In this document: piece after piece, positions 58,261 to 64,000 of the stretch
How the letters are laid out: the number at the start of each line of letters is the position of its first letter
Position numbering within the stretch: position 1 is the first letter of the stretch
The notes under the pieces: model-generated
The model's database searches: none
What the model saw: the letters and a program-made list of their open reading frames with translations, nothing else
What the model was told of the DNA's origin: nothing
Assembly (NCBI GenBank): GCA_944359625.1
Contig: CALVSW010000006.1
Span: 5,070 to 69,069 of the forward strand
DNA length: 64,000 nt
Direction of reading: 5' to 3'
Origin: an uncultured Bacilli bacterium
GTDB taxonomy: Bacteria > Bacillota_I > Bacilli_A > RF39 > UBA660
Translations under genes and position numbers: made by a program

Positions 58261-60366
58261 TTAATTTAATACAATCTTATTATCTTTAAAATTTACTGTT
58301 ATAACTTGATTTTCTTTAATTTCATTACCAATTAATTTTTTAGCTAATATAGTTTCTAATTCTTTATTAACAAGTCTTTTTAATGGTCTTGCACCATAAA
58401 ATTCATCATAACCATTATCAATAAAATAATTTCTAGCATTAGCTGTTAATTTAATTTTTACATTTAAATCTTTTAAACGATCTTCAATTTCTTTAATTAT
58501 TTTATCCAAAATTTCACTTAAACAATCTTTAGTTAATTTCTTAAACATAATAATTTCATCAAGTCTATTTAAAAATTCTGGTTTAAAGTATTTATGTAAT
58601 TCGGCTTCAACTTTTTCTGGTTCTCCATTTAATATATATTCACTACCAACATTAGATGTCATAATAATAATTGTATTTCTAAAATCTACTAAATGGCCAT
58701 TAGAATCAGTTAATCTACCATCATCTAAGATTTGTAATAATAAATTAAGAACATCTGGATGAGCTTTTTCTATTTCATCAAATAATACTATACTATATGG
58801 ATTTCTTCTTACGGCTTCGGTTAATTGGCCACCTTCATCATAACCAATATATCCAGGAGCAGCTCCGATTAAACGAGATACAGAATATTTTTCCATATAC
58901 TCAGACATATCTATTCTAATCATGTGATGTTCATCATCAAATAGTTCATATGCTAAAGTCTTAGCTACTTCTGTTTTACCAACACCAGTTGGACCTAAGA
59001 ACATAAAGGAACCAATTGGTCTATTTGGGTCTTTAATACCACTACGACTACGTAAAATAGCATCACTTACTAATTTTAAAGCTTCATCTTGACCTTTTAC
59101 ACGTTTCTTTAAATTTTCTTCTAAAGATAAAACTTTTTCTTTTTCACTACTTACTAATTTTGCGATTGGAATATTTGTCCATTTACTAATTACATTAGCA
59201 ATATCATCACTAGTTACTGTATCACTCAAAATACGATTTTTTTCTTGATTAGCTAATTCTTGTAATTGTTTTTCTAAATCTGGAATAATCCCATGACGAA
59301 GTTTAGCAGCACGTTCTAAATCATAATTATTTTCTGCATATTCTAAATCATATTTTGCTTTTTCTAACTCTTGTTTTTTAGATTTTATATTATCATTAAT
59401 TTGCTTTTCTTTATTCCAAGCCGCCTTTAAATCAGCTTCTTTTAATTTCATATCATAAAGTTCTTTATCTATTTCTTCTCTTCTTTTAATTGATAACTCA
59501 TCTTTTTCTTTTTTAATAGCTTCTCTTTCAATTTCTAAACGCATAATATTTCTTGTTAACTCATCTAACTCTGTAGGAACACTATCCATTTGAACTCTAA
59601 TAGTAGCACAAGCTTCATCTACTAAATCAATAGCTTTATCCGGTAGAAATCTATCTGTTATATAACGATTAGATAAAGTAGCAGCCGCTACTAAGGCTTT
59701 ATCTTGGATAGTTACCCCATGATGAATTTCAAATCTTTCTTTTAAACCACGTAATATAGTTATAGTATCCATTACACTCGGTTCTTTAACTAAGACTTTT
59801 TGAAATCTTCTTTCTAAGGCACCATCTTTTTCAATATATTTACGATATTCATTAAGGGTAGTAGCTCCGATTACATGAATTTCCCCACGAGCTAACATTG
59901 GTTTTAAAATATTACCAGTATCCATAGCACCTTCAACAGCACCAGTACCTACTATTAGATGAATCTCATCAATAAACATTATAATGTTACCTTCACTTTT
60001 TTTGATCTCATCTAATACTTTTTTTAAACGTTCTTCAAATTCACCACGATATTTAGCACCGGCTACTAAAGAGGCCATATTAAGTTCCCAAATAACTTTA
60101 TCTTTTAAGCTACTTGGAACATCACCTTTAACGATACGTTGAGCTAATCCCTCTATGATAGCAGTTTTACCAACACCTGGTTCACCAATTAAAATGGGAT
60201 TATTTTTTGTTTTTCGAGACAATATTCTAGTAATACTACGGATTTCTTCATCACGTCCGATTACAGGATCTATTTTTCTTTTTTTAACCTCTTCAATAAT
60301 ATTACGTCCATATTTTTCTAAAACATTTTCATTTTCTTGATTTTCGTTATTATACATATTAAACAC
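58261..60366 (-). CDS. clpB: ClpB disaggregase lacking the N-terminal domain (701 aa)
   Basis: It starts near the D1 linker ([28 protein letters not shown]). There are two Walker A/B sets ([16 protein letters not shown] and [19 protein letters not shown]) and a long coiled-coil M-domain between them. Confidence 0.9.
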   Translation of the reverse strand: MFNMYNNENQENENVLEKYGRNIIEEVKKRKIDPVIGRDEEIRSITRILSRKTKNNPILIGEPGVGKTAIIEGLAQRIVKGDVPSSLKDKVIWELNMASLVAGAKYRGEFEERLKKVLDEIKKSEGNIIMFIDEIHLIVGTGAVEGAMDTGNILKPMLARGEIHVIGATTLNEYRKYIEKDGALERRFQKVLVKEPSVMDTITILRGLKERFEIHHGVTIQDKALVAAATLSNRYITDRFLPDKAIDLVDEACATIRVQMDSVPTELDELTRNIMRLEIEREAIKKEKDELSIKRREEIDKELYDMKLKEADLKAAWNKEKQINDNIKSKKQELEKAKYDLEYAENNYDLERAAKLRHGIIPDLEKQLQELANQEKNRILSDTVTSDDIANVISKWTNIPIAKLVSSEKEKVLSLEENLKKRVKGQDEALKLVSDAILRSRSGIKDPNRPIGSFMFLGPTGVGKTEVAKTLAYELFDDEHHMIRIDMSEYMEKYSVSRLIGAAPGYIGYDEGGQLTEAVRRNPYSIVLFDEIEKAHPDVLNLLLQILDDGRLTDSNGHLVDFRNTIIIMTSNVGSEYILNGEPEKVEAELHKYFKPEFLNRLDEIIMFKKLTKDCLSEILDKIIKEIEDRLKDLNVKIKLTANARNYFIDNGYDEFYGARPLKRLVNKELETILAKKLIGNEIKENQVITVNFKDNKIVLN

Positions 60367-60384
60367 CTCTTTTTCTATTCAATA

Positions 60385-60412
60385 ATTATACCACAAAATT
60401 AGCACTTGTCAA
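60385..60412 (-). promoter_or_regulatory. clpB promoter embedded in CIRCE
   Basis: Minus strand: TTGACA (inside the CIRCE spacer), 16 nt spacer (ending TGG), TATAAT. Confidence 0.65.
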
Positions 60413-60425
60413 TAACGAGTGCTAA
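60399..60425. promoter_or_regulatory. CIRCE operator (HrcA binding site) upstream of clpB
   Basis: TTAGCACTT-GTCAATAAC-GAGTGCTAA, compared with the consensus TTAGCACTC-N9-GAGTGCTAA. Confidence 0.85.
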
Positions 60426-60449
60426 TTATTTTTACATAAAAAACCGCTA

Positions 60450-60893
60450 TTAACGGTTCTTTAAAATTTCTACTTTTACTTTTTCATTACGATTACATTT
60501 AACAGTAAATTCATGCTTACAAGTTGGACAAATCACTTGATGCTTTCCCTTTTTTAAAGGAAGCTTTATCATTTGTTTACATTTTGGACATCTTTTATAT
60601 AAAGCATGATTATAATTTTTAATTATATTATAAAACAATTTAAATTTCTTTTTAGGATATTTTATTACCCATTCAAATATACTATTTTCTTTTCGACGAG
60701 CTTTAATATTACGAGAAAATATTCGAAATATTATTAAAATACATAAAAGTAATTGCGTTAAACTTAAGAAAAAATTATTTATAAATATATTTAAAATTAA
60801 ACATATAATTATTAATGTTAAATTAAGATAAAATAAACTATCAATCCCATTATGTCCTTTTAATAACATATTTATTATATTCTTATATTTCAA
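60450..60893 (-). CDS. membrane protein with a C-terminal zinc ribbon
   Basis: Two TM helices followed by CPKCKQMIKLPLKKGKHQVICPTCKHEF. It lies 7 nt after htpG. The start is TTG 60893 or an internal ATG. Confidence 0.5.
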   Translation of the reverse strand: MKYKNIINMLLKGHNGIDSLFYLNLTLIIICLILNIFINNFFLSLTQLLLCILIIFRIFSRNIKARRKENSIFEWVIKYPKKKFKLFYNIIKNYNHALYKRCPKCKQMIKLPLKKGKHQVICPTCKHEFTVKCNRNEKVKVEILKNR

Positions 60894-60900
60894 ACTAACC

Positions 60901-62793
60901 TCACTTTGATAAATATTTGCAAATTAAATTACTTAATTCAGTTGGATTATCTATAGGTAATCCTTCAATTAATCTAGCTTCTGCATATAATATTTTAGTA
61001 TATTCTTTTAATTCTTCTTTATCAGTTTCATATAATTTTATGATTTTTTGAGCTATTTCATGATTTTCATTAATTTCTAATACTTTATTAGCCTTAATAT
61101 CATTTTGGAAAGGCATAGTACTCATAGCTTTCTCCATTTGAGCAGATATTTCACCTTCACTTGTTAAACATACTGGATGATTTTTTAATGTATTAGTAAA
61201 CCTTATATCTTTTACATCCGGAATAGCTTCTTTCATCAATTTAAACATATCTTGAGAATTATCATTTTTTTCTTTTAATTCTTTCTTCTCTTCTTCCGTA
61301 GTTAAATCAAGATTATCAGCACAAACATTCATAAATTCTTTATTTTCATAATTGCGTATTGTCATTATCGTAAATTCATCAATATAATCAGTACAATAAA
61401 GAACTTCATAACCTTTGTCCTTTACGGCATCAACTTGTGGTAAAGAATCAATCTTATCAATAGTTTCCCCACATGCATAATATATTTTATCTTGATTTTC
61501 TTTCATATCAGATACGTATTCTTTTAATGTTCTTAACTTTTTATCTTTAGATGTATTAAACATTAATAAGTCAACTAACTTATCTTTATCTAAACCATAA
61601 TTAGAATAAATACCATATTTTAATTGCATACCAAATGCTTGATAAAATTTTTCATAATCTTCACGATTATTATCACGCATTTCTTCTAATTCTTTTTTAA
61701 TCTTTTTTTCAATAGAAGAAGCCATTGTTTTTAAAATACGATTTTGTTGTAAAGTCTCACGTGATATATTTAAATGTAAATCAGGTGAATCAACAACACC
61801 TTTAACAAAGCTATAATAATCAGGTAGTAAATCACTGCATTTTTCCATGATTAGAACGCCATTAGAATATAGTTGTAATCCTTTTTCATAATTTTTAGTG
61901 TAATAATCAAATGGGGCATGGCTTGGAATATATAATAATGATGTATATTCAATAGTACCTTCTAATTTAGAATGAATAACACGAAGTGGTTTTTCATAAT
62001 CATCAAATTTATCTGAATAGAAAACATCATAATCTTCTTGTTTAATCTTATTTTTATCGCGTTTCCATAATGGTGTTAGAGAATTTAAAGTAGTTAACTC
62101 CTCAACTGTTTCATATTCATCTGGATCTTTTTCATTTTTCTTTTCTTTTAAATGTTGATGATGTTTTAACATAGTAATAGGATAGGTAATATAGTCACTA
62201 TATTTTTTTACTAAAGATTCAATTTTATATTCATCTAAGTATGTAGAATAATCTTCTTCATCAGTATCATCTTTTAAATATAGAATAATATCAGTACCAT
62301 AGTTTTCTTTTTCTGTATCACTTATCATATAACCATCTATACCACTAGATGTCCACTTATAAGCATTTTCTTCACCATATTTTTTAGAAACAACTTCTAC
62401 CTTTTTAGAAACCATAAATGATGAATAAAAACCTACACCAAATTGGCCTATAATATCAATATCTTTTTTATGTTCATTTGAAGTTTTAAATTCTTCAGAA
62501 CCACTTTTAGCAATAGTACCTAAGTTTTCTTCTAATTCTTCTTTATTCATACCAATACCATTATCACTAATAGTTAAAGTACGATTATCTTTATCTATTG
62601 AAATTTTAATAGCTAAATTCTTTTTATCTAATTTAATTGTATTATCAGTTAATGACATATAATGCAATTTATCAATTGCATCAGAAGCATTAGATATTAT
62701 TTCACGTAAAAATATATCTTTATTTGTATATATTGAATTAATCATTAAATCCATTAATTTTTTGGATTCTGCTTTGAATTCTTTCTTTTTCAT
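60901..62793 (-). CDS. htpG: molecular chaperone HtpG (Hsp90)
   Basis: IYTNKDIFLREIISNASDAIDKL...DNGIGM...GQFGVGFYSSFMV. Confidence 0.95.
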   Translation of the reverse strand: MKKKEFKAESKKLMDLMINSIYTNKDIFLREIISNASDAIDKLHYMSLTDNTIKLDKKNLAIKISIDKDNRTLTISDNGIGMNKEELEENLGTIAKSGSEEFKTSNEHKKDIDIIGQFGVGFYSSFMVSKKVEVVSKKYGEENAYKWTSSGIDGYMISDTEKENYGTDIILYLKDDTDEEDYSTYLDEYKIESLVKKYSDYITYPITMLKHHQHLKEKKNEKDPDEYETVEELTTLNSLTPLWKRDKNKIKQEDYDVFYSDKFDDYEKPLRVIHSKLEGTIEYTSLLYIPSHAPFDYYTKNYEKGLQLYSNGVLIMEKCSDLLPDYYSFVKGVVDSPDLHLNISRETLQQNRILKTMASSIEKKIKKELEEMRDNNREDYEKFYQAFGMQLKYGIYSNYGLDKDKLVDLLMFNTSKDKKLRTLKEYVSDMKENQDKIYYACGETIDKIDSLPQVDAVKDKGYEVLYCTDYIDEFTIMTIRNYENKEFMNVCADNLDLTTEEEKKELKEKNDNSQDMFKLMKEAIPDVKDIRFTNTLKNHPVCLTSEGEISAQMEKAMSTMPFQNDIKANKVLEINENHEIAQKIIKLYETDKEELKEYTKILYAEARLIEGLPIDNPTELSNLICKYLSK

Positions 62794-62848
62794 AACAATC
62801 TCCTTTGCACATACTAAATGTAAGTGCTAATATAAATATAAAATAATA

Positions 62849-62875
62849 TTTAGCACTTGTCAATAATAAGTGCTA
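62849..62875. promoter_or_regulatory. CIRCE operator upstream of htpG (perfect 9-bp arms), with the promoter -35 inside its spacer
   Basis: TTAGCACTT-GTCAATAAT-AAGTGCTAA. Minus-strand TTGACA (62858-62863), 17 nt spacer, TATATT (62835-62840). A second degenerate copy, TTAGCACTT-ACATTTAGT-ATGTGCAAA, lies at 62804-62830 over the 5' UTR and RBS. Confidence 0.85.
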
Positions 62876-63060
62876 AATATTTATAGTTATTTTAACTATT
62901 CAAAATTTACCTATAGAATATAATATAGTAAAGACAACAAAATTATTAATTTATCTTTATATTTATACAAAGTTTTTAACTCTGTTGTCTTTTGCACATA
63001 ATAAATTTCCTCTTTATACTTTATTATTTAATATTCACCCTTTGGCATATAATTATTTAG

Positions 63061-63492
63061 GTGAATTATATGTTAATCAATTATACAACTAAAGAATTAG
63101 AATTAATGGCTAGAATTATGCGTGCGGAAGCATTATCTGAAGGAGATTTAGGAATGTTAATGGTAGGAAATGTTGTTACAAATCGAGTACTGGCAAACTG
63201 CTTAACATTTAAAAATATCCGAAGTGTTACTGACGCGATATACCAAGCCAACCAATTTAGTGGTATTAATTCCTCTCTATTTCAATCAAGCCCAACAACT
63301 AAAGAAAAAGATCTGGCAAAAAGGGTATTACGTGGCGAATACTTTTATCCAGCTACTAACGCCTTGTGGTTTTATGCACCAACAACGGGAAGTAGCTGTA
63401 AAAATAGCTGGTATGGACAAAATTTAGCTGGGAGATATAAAAATCACTGCTTTTATGAGCCAGATCAAGGTGAATGTAAAGAACTCTATTGA
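63061..63492 (+). CDS. SleB-type cell wall hydrolase (spore cortex-lytic enzyme family, Hydrolase_2)
   Basis: LMARIMRAEALSEGDLGMLMVGNVVTNRV...AIYQANQFSG...ALWFY. The start is GTG 63061 or ATG 63070. Confidence 0.75.
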   Translation: MNYMLINYTTKELELMARIMRAEALSEGDLGMLMVGNVVTNRVLANCLTFKNIRSVTDAIYQANQFSGINSSLFQSSPTTKEKDLAKRVLRGEYFYPATNALWFYAPTTGSSCKNSWYGQNLAGRYKNHCFYEPDQGECKELY

Positions 63493-63501
63493 GTTCTTCT
63501 T

Positions 63502-64000
63502 CTATGGTACTACTAACTTTTGACCAATACTTAAATTACTTGTACTTAAGTTATTTAATTCTAAAAGATTAGTAACAGTTGTATTATACATCCTAGCAAT
63601 CTTATATAATGTATCACCACTTTTTACGATATAAATATTATCACTATTGTTAGAAGAAGAATTATTAGTAACTTTTAGTTTTTGGCCAATTGATAATAAA
63701 TTAGATGTTAAATTATTTATTTTTTTTAATTCGTCAACTGTTAAACCATATTTATTTGCTATTGAATATAGACTATCACCGCTTTTTACTGTGTAGTATG
63801 TATCAGTAGTTGGTGATTCTGCAGTTGGAACTTTTAATACTTGATTTAATGATAAAGTACTTGATGTTAAGTTATTTAGTGTCATTAAATTACTTACAGT
63901 AGTATTAAACTTTTCAGCAATTGAATATAAGGTATCACCACTTTTTACAGTATATGTATTTATATCTGTACTTTCACTTGGTAACTTTTCTACTATTAGT
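63502..64000 (-). CDS. multi-LysM-domain protein (CDS continues beyond the right window edge)
   Basis: There are repeated YTVKSGDSLYSIANKYGLTVDELKKINNL...IGQKL units. The frame stays open upstream of the track start (YTVKSGDTLYSIAEKFNTTVSNLMTLNNL), so the Met at 63885 is internal. Confidence 0.8.
   Translation of the reverse strand, partial: LIVEKLPSESTDINTYTVKSGDTLYSIAEKFNTTVSNLMTLNNLTSSTLSLNQVLKVPTAESPTTDTYYTVKSGDSLYSIANKYGLTVDELKKINNLTSNLLSIGQKLKVTNNSSSNNSDNIYIVKSGDTLYKIARMYNTTVTNLLELNNLSTSNLSIGQKLVVP

Overview
This is a very AT-rich chromosomal segment from a low-GC Gram-positive bacterium (Bacillota). All calls rest on reading the six-frame translations and the DNA by eye. No database search was possible, so family names come from recognised motifs only.

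Lineage clues:
- Spore-former markers are present: a canonical Spo0A, a SleB-like cortex hydrolase, a LysM protein and WhiA.
- Mollicutes/Erysipelotrichia-like traits are also present: CIRCE operators on clpB and htpG, a ClpB without an N-domain, and a tmRNA tag ending in FA.
- TGA is a normal stop codon here; it ends secY and the TGS-kinase gene.

Layout:
- **1-11.4 kb:** an accessory, decaying islet abutting the 3' end of the tmRNA gene (ssrA, 11431-11790, minus strand). It holds orphan hypothetical genes and two divergent membrane-anchored XRE regulators, one paired with a CPHC thioredoxin-fold protein. It also holds a shattered NUDIX pseudogene, an Abi_2-type abortive-infection gene bracketed by 44-nt direct repeats, an IS30-family element, and a triple-hit DUF1016/PDDEXK nuclease pseudogene.
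- **11.8-16.3 kb:** a three-gene envelope operon behind a perfect consensus promoter. It ends in a 776-aa protein built from about 17 cysteine-hairpin repeats (CPxGYxLxGxxC). I judge this the most novel-looking element in the window.
- **16.3-17.5 kb:** a coiled-coil/disordered protein plus a small protein.
- **17.5-31.6 kb:** a complete S10-spc-alpha ribosomal superoperon on the minus strand (rpsJ to rplQ, including secY, adk, map, infA, rpmJ and rpoA). There is no rpmD.
- **31.6-39.0 kb:** a glycolytic cluster (TGS-kinase, gap, an unknown gene, pgk, spo0A, gpmI), with spo0A sitting where tpiA normally is.
- **39-64 kb:** housekeeping genes: clpP, whiA, tspO, an SDR, a CBS-type family II pyrophosphatase, a VanY-like peptidase, a GT2 fusion, uvrB, cysS, tRNA-Trp, htpG and clpB. 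Interspersed are a second coiled-coil/membrane protein flanked by two paralogous small proteins, and a ClpC-like protein with a fossilised second ATPase domain.
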